Origin: Alphaproteobacteria bacterium
GTDB taxonomy: Bacteria; Pseudomonadota; Alphaproteobacteria; UBA6615
DNA: 64,000 nucleotides
Direction of reading: 5' to 3'
NCBI GenBank assembly: GCA_038131445.1
Contig: JAYPPL010000010.1
Span: 349,918 to 413,917 of the forward strand
Shown here: in pieces, positions 1 through 10,346 of the stretch
Layout: each line of letters opens with the position of its first letter
Position numbering within the stretch: position 1 is the stretch's first letter
Position numbers and translations under genes: made by a program
Notes under the pieces: model-generated
Seen by the model: only the letters and a program-made list of their open reading frames with translations
What the model was told of the DNA's origin: nothing
The model's database searches: none

Positions 1-1084
1 TGACGGTCACGTCGGAAAAACCTTTGCGGTCGAGATGACGACGGAGCGCCGGCAGCACGTCGTCCGGATCGGTGCCGACCACATAGCGCAACTGGCAGAC
101 GGCTCTGGCTTCGTGTGCGATGGCGTTCTGCGGCTTGGCGGGATCGCCCAGGTCGAGCGCCAGCACGGCGAAGCTGTTCCAGCCATAGACGCGTTCTTCC
201 GGGCTCAGTCCGTCCTCGCCCCAATCGAGATCGATCTGCGGCCCACGGGGGCCGCCTGAGACCGCGATCTTTGACAGGATATCCCGGATTTCGGGAGTGA
301 GGGACGTGGGGCGCCATTCCGGCACGGCGATCTGGCCGCGCGCATCGGTCAGGCTGGCGATGGCATGGGCCAGCACGATGCCGGGATCGCGGATCAGCCC
401 GCCCCAGTTGCCCGAATGGTGCGCGCCGTCGCGCAGCTTGAGTGCCAATTCGAAGTTCACCAGCCCGCGTGAACCCAAGACAACCGTCGCGCGGGCCGGA
501 TCGAGGCGGGGGCCGTCGGAGGCGATGAGTGCGTCGGCGGCAAGCAGGTCCTTGTTCGCTTCGCAGAAGGCGCGCAGGCCCCGCGAGCCCATTTCCTCAT
601 CGCTTTCCAGCAGCAGGATGCAGTTGAAACCGAGTTTGCCGCGCGTCTCGATCACGGCGCGCAGGCCACCGATGTTGATCGCATGCTGGCCCTTGTTGTC
701 GGCGGTGCCCCGGCCATACAGACGCCCTCCCTCTCCAGTCAGCGTCCAGGGTGTGCCGTGACGCCAGCGCTCATCCTGGCCGACGACCACATCCCCGTGG
801 CCGTAGATCAGGATTGTCGGGGCATCGTCGGCCTCGTGGCGGCGTGCGACAAGGATCGGGCCCGCATCCGGGTCCGGGTTGTCATACAGGCTGCGGGCGA
901 AGCCCAGCGCATCGAGGCGCGGGCCGATCACATCATTGAAGTAGCCGGCGAGCGACGGATGTGCGTCGGGTAGCTGGCTCTGGGTGGGGTGCGCCACAAG
1001 CGCAGCGAGTTCGCTCGTATACGCGCCGCTGTCGAACTGGCGGACGGCATGTGCCACCGCGCCGGCGCGCGTGCTGTCCGTCAT
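1..1084 (-). CDS. M20 family metallopeptidase/amidohydrolase (3' end runs off the window)
   Basis: Manual translation from ATG at 1084: MTDSTRAGAV...ILIYGHGDVV...LYGRGTADNKGQH...ESDEEMGS...HHSGNWGG; open to position 1; absent from the ORF track because it is truncated. Confidence 0.85.
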   Translation of the reverse strand, partial: MTDSTRAGAVAHAVRQFDSGAYTSELAALVAHPTQSQLPDAHPSLAGYFNDVIGPRLDALGFARSLYDNPDPDAGPILVARRHEADDAPTILIYGHGDVVVGQDERWRHGTPWTLTGEGGRLYGRGTADNKGQHAINIGGLRAVIETRGKLGFNCILLLESDEEMGSRGLRAFCEANKDLLAADALIASDGPRLDPARATVVLGSRGLVNFELALKLRDGAHHSGNWGGLIRDPGIVLAHAIASLTDARGQIAVPEWRPTSLTPEIRDILSKIAVSGGPRGPQIDLDWGEDGLSPEERVYGWNSFAVLALDLGDPAKPQNAIAHEARAVCQLRYVVGTDPDDVLPALRRHLDRKGFSDVTV

Positions 1085-1098
1085 CGGTTCAATCCACG

Positions 1099-1602
1099 TT
1101 AAGCAAGCTTGTAGGGATCGCGCTTCAGCTTGGTGACGTCCTTGCCTTCCAGGCGGATGAGGCGAGTGTCGCCCGCGCGCTTGGGGGAGTGCAGGGCGCC
1201 TTCCGGGTAGGCCACCGCCATTCCAGGTGTGAGGTCATAGGTCTTGGTTGGCGTGACTTTGCCGGGTATGCCGTCCTGCGGCGGCTCGACCATTTCGAAC
1301 TCGGTCATGGTCGTGGTGCCGGTCGCCTGCCCGTAGATCGCCCAGGTGGGGCCATGATCGTGAGGCGGGGCCTCGTTCTCGCCCTTGAAGACGTGGCGGC
1401 AGATGCAGAAACCATGATCCGGGTCCTCATAGAGGACATCGCGAACAGCATCGAAATCCGGTCCGAGGTGTTTCCGAACGAAGGCGTCATCGGCGAGATA
1501 CTTCTCGACCACCACACGAACCTTGTCGAGGTCTTCGGGGCTGGCACCTTGGCTCAGGATGCTGCGGCATTCCTCAGCGAACGTATCGACATTTTGGGTC
1601 AT
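1099..1602 (-). CDS. Cupin-fold protein, cysteine/thiol dioxygenase-like
   Basis: MTQNVDTF...; PPHDHGPTWAIYG and GALHSP give a 3-His metal motif; start trimmed from ORF 1099..2106. Confidence 0.65.
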   Translation of the reverse strand: MTQNVDTFAEECRSILSQGASPEDLDKVRVVVEKYLADDAFVRKHLGPDFDAVRDVLYEDPDHGFCICRHVFKGENEAPPHDHGPTWAIYGQATGTTTMTEFEMVEPPQDGIPGKVTPTKTYDLTPGMAVAYPEGALHSPKRAGDTRLIRLEGKDVTKLKRDPYKLA

Positions 1603-1719
1603 TCTCTCGTTCCTTCCATTTTGCCGCATCTTGCGTCCGGCCAACCTTTTCGTAAATGCTGAGGCTATCATGCCGCGCCGGTGCTGGCGGCTCAATACAC
1701 AATTCTTTACTGTAGTTTT

Positions 1720-3321
1720 ATGGACTCCATGCGGATAGACGCAGCAGACCTGCGCGCGATGCTTGACGACGGCGATGAACTTGCCCTGCTCGATGTGCGC
1801 GAACAGGGAGAGTTTGGCCATTGTCATCTCTTTCATGCCGTCAACATTCCCCTCAGCCGCCTTGAGTTGGAGGTGGAGAGGCTGGTGCCGCGACACAGCG
1901 TGCGCCTGGTGCTGACTGATGGAGGCATAGCCGGGCTGGGCGAACGCGCCACCGACGTGCTCGGCGAGATGGGCTACACGGATATCCGGATATGCGTGAG
2001 CGGGCCGGACGACTGGGAAGCGGCGGGCTTTACGCTCTATTCCGGGATCAACGTGCCCAGCAAGGCGTTCGGCGAGGCTGTGGAACACTTCTATCATACA
2101 CCCCACATCGACGCGCCAGCGCTGAAGGCGATGCAGGACCGGGGCGAAGACATGGTGGTGCTCGATTCTCGTACCTTCGCCGAGTACCGGAACATGAATA
2201 TTCCCATGGGCGTGAGCGTGCCAGGCGGTGAACTCGCTTATCGAGTGCGCGATCTCGCGCCGAGTCCGGATACGACCGTCGTTGTGAACTGCGCGGGGCG
2301 GACGCGCAGTATCCTTGGCGCGCAGTCTATCATCAATGCGGGTGTCCCCAACCGGGTTGTCGCGCTAGAAAACGGCACGATGGGATGGCACCTGGCCGGG
2401 TTTGAGCTCGAACACGGCAACACGCGCAGCTTTCCTCCCAGTGCGCCGGAGACGATTGCTGCCGCGCAGGAGATGCGCGTGCGGATCGCCGATCAGTTCG
2501 GTGTTGTGCAGATCAGCCGTGAGACCCTGGACGCGTGGCGAAGCGAAGTCGGGGAACGCTCGCTGTTCATTCTCGACGTCCGTACGCCGGAGGAATACGC
2601 CGCCGGCCATCTGCCGGGCGCGCGCTCGGCGCCGGGTGGGCAGCTGGTTCAGGCCACCGACTTCCAGATCGGCGTGCCGCGCGGGCGAATTGTGCTCGTC
2701 GATGATACAGGCGTGCGCGCGACGATGACGGCACACTGGCTTGTGCAGATGGGGTTGCCGGACGTCCATGTTCTTTCGGATGGCCTGGCTGGATGCGCGC
2801 TGGAGACCGGGCCTGAACCGTTGTTTGAGCCGGAGATAGGTCCGAAGGATATGATTGGGGCGGCTGATCTGGTGCAAGAGGTTGGCTCTGGCAGTGTGTT
2901 GGTCCTGGATCTCTCTGAGAGCCGGGTCTTTCGTATGGGACATATTCCCGGGGCGCGGTGGGCGCTACGTTCGCGGATTGGTGAAACCGGTCCTGAGTTA
3001 GCTCGAGACGGAGAGATTGTGCTGACATCCGAGGACGGTAGGCTTGCCGCACTCGCTCTGGATGAAGTCCGTGCAATGACGCCGTTGCGTGTCCGGGTCC
3101 TCGATGGGGGAAATGCGGCTTGGACGGCTGCGGGGCAGGCCTTGGAATCTGATCCACAGGTCCCTGCCGATGACGCGTGCATTGATGTCTATCTGCGAGC
3201 TTACGACCGCAACGTGGATGTCGAGGCGCGAATGCAGGAGTACATCGACTGGGAGGTAGCTTTAATCCGGCAGATTGGTGCAGACCCGGACGTGGAGTTC
3301 CGTCTCGGCCGAAAAGCCTAG
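1720..3321 (+). CDS. Four-domain rhodanese-related sulfurtransferase
   Basis: Repeated LLDVRE/VLDSRT/ILDVRT/VLDLSE starts, GHLPGA/GHIPGA motifs, catalytic-type NCAGRTRS loop in domain 2; alternative start 1729. Confidence 0.85.
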   Translation: MDSMRIDAADLRAMLDDGDELALLDVREQGEFGHCHLFHAVNIPLSRLELEVERLVPRHSVRLVLTDGGIAGLGERATDVLGEMGYTDIRICVSGPDDWEAAGFTLYSGINVPSKAFGEAVEHFYHTPHIDAPALKAMQDRGEDMVVLDSRTFAEYRNMNIPMGVSVPGGELAYRVRDLAPSPDTTVVVNCAGRTRSILGAQSIINAGVPNRVVALENGTMGWHLAGFELEHGNTRSFPPSAPETIAAAQEMRVRIADQFGVVQISRETLDAWRSEVGERSLFILDVRTPEEYAAGHLPGARSAPGGQLVQATDFQIGVPRGRIVLVDDTGVRATMTAHWLVQMGLPDVHVLSDGLAGCALETGPEPLFEPEIGPKDMIGAADLVQEVGSGSVLVLDLSESRVFRMGHIPGARWALRSRIGETGPELARDGEIVLTSEDGRLAALALDEVRAMTPLRVRVLDGGNAAWTAAGQALESDPQVPADDACIDVYLRAYDRNVDVEARMQEYIDWEVALIRQIGADPDVEFRLGRKA

Positions 3322-3468
3322 GTAATCGGAAGGCGCCCGGGTAAAAAATATTTGTCAGGGACCAAAAATAATACGAAATCGCCTTAATTCGTTAACGATT
3401 GGAGCAGATTTCCGTTCTTACTTGGTTTCGGATTTTCTCGGCTTATTTACTTGTAACGGTCACATCCA

Positions 3469-3825
3469 ATGGGCCTGAATAGTGCCATGGCGGATAAGTT
3501 GGACATTGATGCGATGCGTGACGCGCTGTGGCAGGAACGCACGCGGCTTGGACAATCCAGTTTGGCGACTTCGGGAAAACGCAGTCCGGTGACACTGGAT
3601 CAGCAGAGTGTCGGACGGCTCTCACGCATGGATGCCATGCAGGTACAGGCCATGGCCAAAGCCGAGGAGGCAAGGCGGCAGCAAAGGTTGCGATTGATCG
3701 AAGCGGCGCTCCGGCGTATCGACGAGGGCGAATACGGCTATTGCGTTGCGTGCGGCGACGACATTGTGCCGGGTCGGCTGGTGTCGGACCCTGCTTCACC
3801 GCGTTGTGTGGCATGCGCGCGGTAG
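3469..3825 (+). CDS. TraR/DksA family C4 zinc-finger protein
   Basis: ALRRIDEGEYGYCVACGDDI...RCVAC zinc finger; LDQQSVGRLSRMDA coiled-coil tip; alternative start 3487. Confidence 0.85.
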   Translation: MGLNSAMADKLDIDAMRDALWQERTRLGQSSLATSGKRSPVTLDQQSVGRLSRMDAMQVQAMAKAEEARRQQRLRLIEAALRRIDEGEYGYCVACGDDIVPGRLVSDPASPRCVACAR

Positions 3826-3864
3826 GTGCGGGTTTGAACGGCGAGAAAACGGGACGGCGCTGAC

Positions 3865-5301
3865 ATGCGGCGTATGCGAAACGTCAAGGTGCTGGCCACG
3901 CTGGGGCCGGCGAGCTCTTCTGAAGAGATGATCCGGACCCTTTTCGAGGCCGGGGCCGATGCGTTCCGGCTGAACATGAGCCATGGATCGCACGACGACG
4001 TGCACAAGCTCTATGAGCGTATCCGCAAGGTCGAGGCGGATTTGGGGCGGCCCATCGCCATTCTGGTCGACCTTCAGGGCCCTAAGCTGCGCGTCGGAAA
4101 AGTGGAGAAGGGGGCCGTGCTCGAGGCTGGTGCGGAGTTCCGCCTTAAACTCGATCACGGGATCGGCAATGCGGAGGTCGCCTGCCTCCCGCACCGGGAA
4201 ATCTTCGAAGCGATCGCCCCCGGCCATACGCTGCTATTGGACGATGGCAAGCTGCGGCTTGAGGTTGTTGAGGCAGGCCCGGAGCACGCCGTAACCCGTG
4301 TCGTTGTCGGCGGGCCTCTTTCATCCAACAAGGGCGTCAACGTTCCCGACGTAATCCTGCCTGTGCCGGCATTGTCGGCGAAGGACCGCCGCGATCTCGA
4401 TTTCGCGCTGTCCCTCGACGTGGACTGGATTGCGCTGTCCTTCGTGCAGCGCCCCGACGACGTGGCGGAGACCAAGAAGATCGTCGCCGGGCGCGCATTT
4501 GTGATGGCGAAGATCGAAAAGCCGCGCGCACTCGATCACTTGTCAGAAATTATCGAAATTGCCGACGGCCTAATGGTCGCGCGCGGTGATTTGGGCGTGG
4601 AATTGCCCATCGAGCAGGTGCCGATTATCCAAAGGTCGATCACACGCGCGGCGCGCCACGCCGGCAAGCCGGTAGTCGTGGCGACCCAGATGCTGGAATC
4701 GATGATCGAAGCCCCGGTGCCGACGCGCGCGGAAGTTTCGGATGTGGCCGCCGCCGTGTTTGACGGCGCAGATGCGGTGATGTTGTCCGGCGAATCCGCA
4801 GTCGGGGCCTACCCGGCGCAGGCAGTTGCGATGATGGATCGGGTCGCGCAGTCGGTGGAACATGACCCGCAGTTCCGCGTGGCGATGGAGGCGGGGCGCA
4901 TTGAGCCGGAAACGACGACGGCTGATGCAATCACACTGGCGGCCCGTCAGGTGGCGGAAACCCTCAATGCGGCGGCGATCATTTGCTACACGGCGTCGGG
5001 CTCCACGGGCATTCGTGCCTCACGCGAGCGGCCGGATGTGCCGATCATGGTTTTGACGCCAGTTCCCCAGACGGCCCGCCGTCTGGCACTGGCCTGGGGC
5101 GTACACTGTGTGCAGACCGAAGATGCGTCGAGTTTTCTGGATATGGTGATCCGCGCAAGTCGTGTGGCGGAACGCGAGGAATTCGCCGTCACAGGCGACC
5201 GTCTAGTGATTACTGCGGGCGTTCCGTTCGGCACGCCAGGGCGCACAAATATTCTGCGGATCGCCACGGTCGGGACGGATCGCGGGCGCGCCGTAAACTA
5301 G
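3865..5301 (+). CDS. pyk: Pyruvate kinase
   Basis: [52 protein letters not shown]. Confidence 0.97.
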   Translation: MRRMRNVKVLATLGPASSSEEMIRTLFEAGADAFRLNMSHGSHDDVHKLYERIRKVEADLGRPIAILVDLQGPKLRVGKVEKGAVLEAGAEFRLKLDHGIGNAEVACLPHREIFEAIAPGHTLLLDDGKLRLEVVEAGPEHAVTRVVVGGPLSSNKGVNVPDVILPVPALSAKDRRDLDFALSLDVDWIALSFVQRPDDVAETKKIVAGRAFVMAKIEKPRALDHLSEIIEIADGLMVARGDLGVELPIEQVPIIQRSITRAARHAGKPVVVATQMLESMIEAPVPTRAEVSDVAAAVFDGADAVMLSGESAVGAYPAQAVAMMDRVAQSVEHDPQFRVAMEAGRIEPETTTADAITLAARQVAETLNAAAIICYTASGSTGIRASRERPDVPIMVLTPVPQTARRLALAWGVHCVQTEDASSFLDMVIRASRVAEREEFAVTGDRLVITAGVPFGTPGRTNILRIATVGTDRGRAVN

Positions 5302-5441
5302 GAACTGCGGCGCACCGTCGCGGTTCGAATTTCACCCCCAGATATATACCGATTCCGCGGTTTACAACGTCCGAGTCGTTTGGCTTATTGTCTCCAAATT
5401 GTCGTTTAGAAAAACGGCGGTGGACAGATCTTGGAGTCGAA

Positions 5442-7268
5442 ATGGCGCAGGCGAACAGCGGCAAAACCCGCAACCGAAAACTCTTGAAATGGGTCGAGCA
5501 GGTAGCGGCCCTGACCAAGCCGGACGACATCTACTGGTGCGACGGGTCGAAAGAAGAATACGACCGTCTGTGCGCCGGGATGGTCGAGCGGGGAACCCTG
5601 ATTCCGCTGAACCAAGAATTGCGGCCCGGCTGCTTCCTTGCGCGCTCTGACCCGGATGACGTTGCTCGCGTCGAGGACCGCACATTCGTATGCTGGGACG
5701 ATCCGGAAGATGCCGGTCCAAACAACAATTGGATCGCGCCGGACGAAATGCACTCCACCCTGAACGGACTGTTCGACGGCGCGATGCGCGGTCGGACCAT
5801 GTACGTCATTCCGTTCAGCATGGGGCCGCTGGGCTCACATATCGCCCATATCGGCGTGCAGCTCACGGACTCCCCCTACGTTGCGGCCAGCATGCGCATC
5901 ATGACCCGTATGGGTCAGAAGGCGCTGGACGTTCTTGGCGACGGCGATTTTGTTCCGTGCCTGCACACGGTCGGGGCGCCGCTGGCGGACGGCGAGGAAG
6001 ATGTCGTCTGGCCCTGCAACGAGACCAAATACATTGTCCACTTCCCGCAGGATCACTCGATCTGGTCCTACGGCAGCGGCTATGGCGGCAACGCCCTGCT
6101 AGGCAAGAAGTGCTTCTCGCTCCGCATCGCCTCGATCATGGCGAAGGAAGAGGGCTGGCTCGCCGAGCATATGCTGATCCTGGGTCTGGAATCGCCGAAG
6201 GGCGAAAAGGCCTATGTTGCGGCTGCGTTCCCAAGCGCCTGCGGTAAGACCAATCTGGCCATGCTTATTCCGCCGGAAGGCTATGAGGGTTGGAAGGTCA
6301 ACACGGTCGGTGACGACATCGCGTGGATCAAGCCGGGCAAGGACGGGCGGCTCTATGCGATTAACCCCGAGGCCGGTTATTTCGGTGTTGTGCCGGGCAC
6401 GTCCACCAAGACCAACCCCAACGCCATGAAGATGATCGAGCGCGACACCATCTTCACCAATGTCGCGCTTACTGATGACGGCGATGTCTGGTGGGAAGGC
6501 AAGGACGGCGAGGTGCCGGCGCATCTGATCGACTGGACGGGCAATGACTGGACTCCCGACAGCGACACGCCCGCGGCGCATCCCAATGCCCGCTTCACCG
6601 TAGCCGCGCAGAACTGCCCAAGTATCGACCCGGCCTGGGACGATCCGTCCGGCGTACCGATCGACGCCTTCGTCTTTGGTGGCCGGCTGAGCAGCACCTT
6701 CCCGCTGGTCTATGAGGCCAAGGACTGGGAGCACGGCGTCTATATGGCTGCGACCATGGGCTCCGAAGCGACAGCGGCGGCGGTCAATCAGGCGGCGATA
6801 CGCCGTGATCCGATGGCGATGCTGCCCTTCTGCGGCTACAACATGGCCGACTACTGGACACACTGGCTGAGCTTCCAGGACAAGGACCTGAAGCTGCCGA
6901 AAATTTTCCGTGTCAACTGGTTCCGCAAGGACGATGAGGGCAACTTCATCTGGCCGGGCTTCGGTGAGAACATGCGTGTGCTCGAATGGGTGTGCGAGCG
7001 TGTCCACGGCAATTTGGATGCGGTAGAGGGCCCGCTCGGCGGCATGCCCCGTTATCAGGACCTCAACTGGCAGGGTCTCGATTTTACCGAGGATGCATTC
7101 CACGGGATCATGGACCTATCGCGCGAGGACGGCAGCAATGAAGCCGAGGCACAGAAGGAACTCTTCGACAGCTTCGCTGACCGTCTGCCAGCCGAAATGG
7201 AGGCCCAGCGCCAGGCGTTGCTGTCCCACATGGAGGGCGCACCAGAAGTCTGGCGGATCGCCAGCTAG
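5442..7268 (+). CDS. pckG: Phosphoenolpyruvate carboxykinase (GTP)
   Basis: [59 protein letters not shown]; start MAQANSG after GGAG. Confidence 0.95.
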   Translation: MAQANSGKTRNRKLLKWVEQVAALTKPDDIYWCDGSKEEYDRLCAGMVERGTLIPLNQELRPGCFLARSDPDDVARVEDRTFVCWDDPEDAGPNNNWIAPDEMHSTLNGLFDGAMRGRTMYVIPFSMGPLGSHIAHIGVQLTDSPYVAASMRIMTRMGQKALDVLGDGDFVPCLHTVGAPLADGEEDVVWPCNETKYIVHFPQDHSIWSYGSGYGGNALLGKKCFSLRIASIMAKEEGWLAEHMLILGLESPKGEKAYVAAAFPSACGKTNLAMLIPPEGYEGWKVNTVGDDIAWIKPGKDGRLYAINPEAGYFGVVPGTSTKTNPNAMKMIERDTIFTNVALTDDGDVWWEGKDGEVPAHLIDWTGNDWTPDSDTPAAHPNARFTVAAQNCPSIDPAWDDPSGVPIDAFVFGGRLSSTFPLVYEAKDWEHGVYMAATMGSEATAAAVNQAAIRRDPMAMLPFCGYNMADYWTHWLSFQDKDLKLPKIFRVNWFRKDDEGNFIWPGFGENMRVLEWVCERVHGNLDAVEGPLGGMPRYQDLNWQGLDFTEDAFHGIMDLSREDGSNEAEAQKELFDSFADRLPAEMEAQRQALLSHMEGAPEVWRIAS

Positions 7269-7295
7269 AATCTCCAGTTTCGACCGTACTGAATA

Positions 7296-7330
7296 AAAAG
7301 GCCGCCCCTCGGGGCGGCCTTTCTTGTTTT
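7296..7330. terminator. Bidirectional intrinsic terminator between convergent pckG and hpxZ-like gene
   Basis: aaaaggccgccc-ctcg-gggcggccttt stem with an A tract on the left and a T tract on the right. Confidence 0.85.
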
Positions 7331-7355
7331 CACCGATATGCGATGCGGGTCGTAC

Positions 7356-7730
7356 CTATTTGACGACGCTCACATGCGCAGCGACGATCCGCCAGCCTTC
7401 GGGCATGCGCACCCAGGTCTGGCTCTGGCGTCCAATCCCGCCCATGCTGGGGCGGTTGAATTCCAGATTGGCGGTCGCGTAATCACGACCGTAGGTCGTG
7501 ACGACAACCGGGCCCGTCGTTCGTTCGAGGCCGACCGGTGAGCGTGCGGAGCGGAAACCCGCGATCTGATCGTGACCATAGAGCTGCTCGGCGATCCCGT
7601 ACCTGAGTGTCAGTTCGTTGGCCCAGAACAGCTCGTTCAGGGCATCGACGTCATTGGTGACGAGCGCCTGTTCGTAGCGGTCGTGCGCGGCCGTCACCTC
7701 GGCCAGCACTTCGGGGATGTTGATTTCCAT
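7356..7730 (-). CDS. HpxZ/AtzH-like (DUF3225) protein
   Basis: [50 protein letters not shown]. Confidence 0.85.
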   Translation of the reverse strand: MEINIPEVLAEVTAAHDRYEQALVTNDVDALNELFWANELTLRYGIAEQLYGHDQIAGFRSARSPVGLERTTGPVVVTTYGRDYATANLEFNRPSMGGIGRQSQTWVRMPEGWRIVAAHVSVVK

Positions 7731-7769
7731 ACCTGTTCTCCAACTCAGGAAAGAAACATGCCGTGCGGA

Positions 7770-8432
7770 CTATTCCACCGTCTTTTCCGATGCGCCCGCG
7801 CCGGGCTTATTCCACCAGCAGTCACACATGAAGGCGACGTAGTCCGCCGGGTCGATCGACTTCGATTTCGTGAAGCGGCCCATGACCGGGCTCTCCTCGA
7901 TGTCGATCTGCAGACCGTCCGTGAATCGGTTCCAGAAGTTGAAGAAGCACGACACCATCGTGATCTCGATGATCTGCGCCTCGTCGAAGTGCTTCTTCAT
8001 TTCCGGCATCGCGTCGGGATTCTCACCCCGGTAGGTCTTCTCCGTCAGCACCTCCGCCCATTTCATCGCGGCTTTCTCCGCGGGCGTGAAGTGTTCGGAA
8101 TTCTGGTAGTCACCTTCGATGGCGGCGATCATGTCATCGTCAAAACCCAACCCTCGACCGAGCGTTACGTTGTGACCGATTCAGTATTTGCATCCGTTCA
8201 GCATCGAGGTTTTCAGGATGACCAGCGCCTTGGTGCGGACATCTAGGATACCCGTCACCTCTTCACGCAGCGCGGCCACCAGAAATCCGTAGATGGACTG
8301 GGCCAGTTTGGGTGAATGGGCGGCGGTGCGGACCGCGTTGGCAACACGCCCGAACATCTGCGTCGAATGTTCGAACAGGATCTTGGCCTCTGGTCCCGCC
8401 TCTTCGTCGGTGACGACCGGCAAATGCGGCAT
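7770..8432 (-). CDS. AhpD/carboxymuconolactone decarboxylase family protein, probable selenoprotein (CxxU, UGA at 8181-8183)
   Basis: ORFs 8181..8432 and 7770..8150 are in the same frame; read-through gives SMLNGCKY-U-IGHNVTLGRGLGF, matching the AhpD CxxCxxH motif; downstream FTPAEKAAMKWAEVLT and FNFWNR are CMD-family motifs; AAGGAGG RBS. Confidence 0.85.
8136..8180 (-). promoter_or_regulatory. Candidate bacterial SECIS element
   Basis: mRNA after UGA: AUCGGUCACAACGUAACGCUC-GGUC-GAGGGUUGGGUUUUGACGAU; upper stem AAC.CUC/GAG.GUU with a G-first GGUC loop 21 nt after UGA; lower stem AUC.GUCA/UGAC.GAU (folded by eye). Confidence 0.7.
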
Positions 8433-8533
8433 CGTCGTCCTCCTTTTCGTGGTTTTCCAGTCGCCAGATTAATGCCCGTTGGCCGGGAACGACAGAGGAT
8501 AGGGACGCAACCCGCGTTGCGCCGGATGCAGGC

Positions 8534-10220
8534 CTACCTGCCCTTTCCCTTGGCCCAGGAGTCGCGCAGCCCGACCGTACGGTTGAAGACGAGGGCGTCC
8601 GGCGCGGAGTCCGGATCGGCGCAGAAATAGCCCAGCCGCTCGAACTGGATCGGAACGCCGGTTTCGGCATCCGTGAGCGCGGGCTCCAGATAACAGGTCT
8701 CACGCACCGACAGGGAAGCCGGATTAAGGTCATCCAGCCAGTCGCGCTCCTTGCCGGGTTCCTCTTCGGCAAAGAGGTGGTCATAGAGCCGGACTTCGGC
8801 GGTCGTGGCGTGGGCGGCCGAGACCCAGTGGATCGTGCCACGCACTTTGCGCCCGTCCGGCGCATCGCCGCCACGCGTCTCGGGGTCGTAGGTGCAGCGA
8901 AGCTCGACCACATTGCCGTTCGTCGTCCTTGATGACCTCGTGGCAGGTCACGAAATAGGCGAAGCGCAGGCGCACCTCCTGACCGATGGCTAGGCGGTGA
9001 AACTTCTTCGGTGGGTCCTCCATGAAGTCGTCCCGCTCCACATAGAGTTCCCGTCCGAAGGGCACCTTGCGGGTGCCGGCGCTCTCGTCGCCCGGATGGT
9101 TCGCTGCGTCGAGTTCCTCGCTCTGTCCCTCGGGGTAATTCTCGATGACCATCTTGACGGGATCGAGCACAGCCATGCGTCGCAGCGCGGAGGTGTTCAG
9201 GTGGTCGCGGATGGTGTTCTCGAAATAGGACATTTCCACCAGCCCGTCCGCCTTCGTGACGCCGAGACGCGCGATGAAATCCCGGATCGCCACGGCAGGT
9301 ACGCCCCGGCGGCGCAGGCCGGAAACGGTCGGCATGCGCGGGTCGTCCCAGCCGGCAACGTGGCCGTCGGTGACGAGCTGGATGAGGCGTCGTTTGGACA
9401 GCACGGTGTGGCCCAGGTTCAGGCGGCCGAACTCGTACTGGCGCGGGCGCGACGGCACCGGCAGGTTCTCGATAAACCAGTCATAGAGCGGGCGGTGGTC
9501 CTCGAACTCCAGTGTGCAGATGGAGTGGGTGATCCCCTCGATGGCATCCGACTGACCATGGGCGAAGTCGTAGGTGGGATAGATACACCACGCATCGCCC
9601 GTGCGCGGATGAGGCGCGCGCAAGATCCGGTAGAGGACCGGATCGCGCAGATTGATGTTGCCGGAGGCCATGTCGATCTTCGCCCGCAGGACCTTAGCGC
9701 CGTCAGCGAACTCGCCTGCGCGCATGCGCGCGAACAGGTTGAGGTTTTCGTCCGGCGCGCGGTCGCGATAGGGGCTCGATTTGCCGGGCTCTGTCAGCGT
9801 GCCGCGGTATTCGCGAATTTCGTTCGCCGAGAGGTCATCCACATAGGCCTTGCCCTCACGGATCAGGTGACTGGCCCATTCGTACAACTGCTCGAAATAG
9901 TCCGACGCGTGGAATAGGTTCTCGCCCCAGTCGAAACCGAGCCAGCGCACGTCTCTCTCGATGGCGCGGATATAGGTTTCGTCTTCCTTGGCGGGGTTGG
10001 TGTCGTCGAACCGCAGGTGGCACTGGCCCCCGAATTCTGCCGCGATCCCGAAATTCAGACAGATCGACTTGGCGTGGCCGATGTGCAGGAAACCGTTCGG
10101 CTCCGGTGGGAACCGGGTCACGACGCGGCTGTGCAGGCCGGTATCGAGGTCGGTGCGTACCCGCTCACGAATGAAATCGGTCAGAGCGTCGTCGGTGTGG
10201 TTGTCTGTTAGGTCGTTCAT
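8534..10220 (-). CDS. glnS: Glutaminyl-tRNA synthetase with one +1 frameshift near 8921
   Basis: [41 protein letters not shown]; C-terminal [12 protein letters not shown]...[10 protein letters not shown]...QFERLGYF...[11 protein letters not shown] lies in the second frame (ORF 8534..8911). Confidence 0.92.
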
Positions 10221-10294
10221 GCGTTCGACTTTGTCATGGGCGCGGACTGTCTGCCAGAAATCGGCTGTGTCGCCAAGTTGTCCGCGCGCCGGAA

Positions 10295-10326
10295 CGAAAA
10301 CGGCCCGGCGTGAGGGCCGGGCCGTT
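10295..10326 (-). terminator. Intrinsic terminator downstream of the VOC gene
   Basis: aacggcccggc-gtgagg-gccgggccgtt stem ending in a short T run on the minus strand. Confidence 0.65.
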
Positions 10327-10346
10327 CGTCGGGTCCGCTAGGGCGC

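Noticed and set aside
4983-5441. Long N-terminal extension of PEPCK in the ORF track
   Set aside because: Overlaps pyk in another frame; a proper RBS and start exist at 5442
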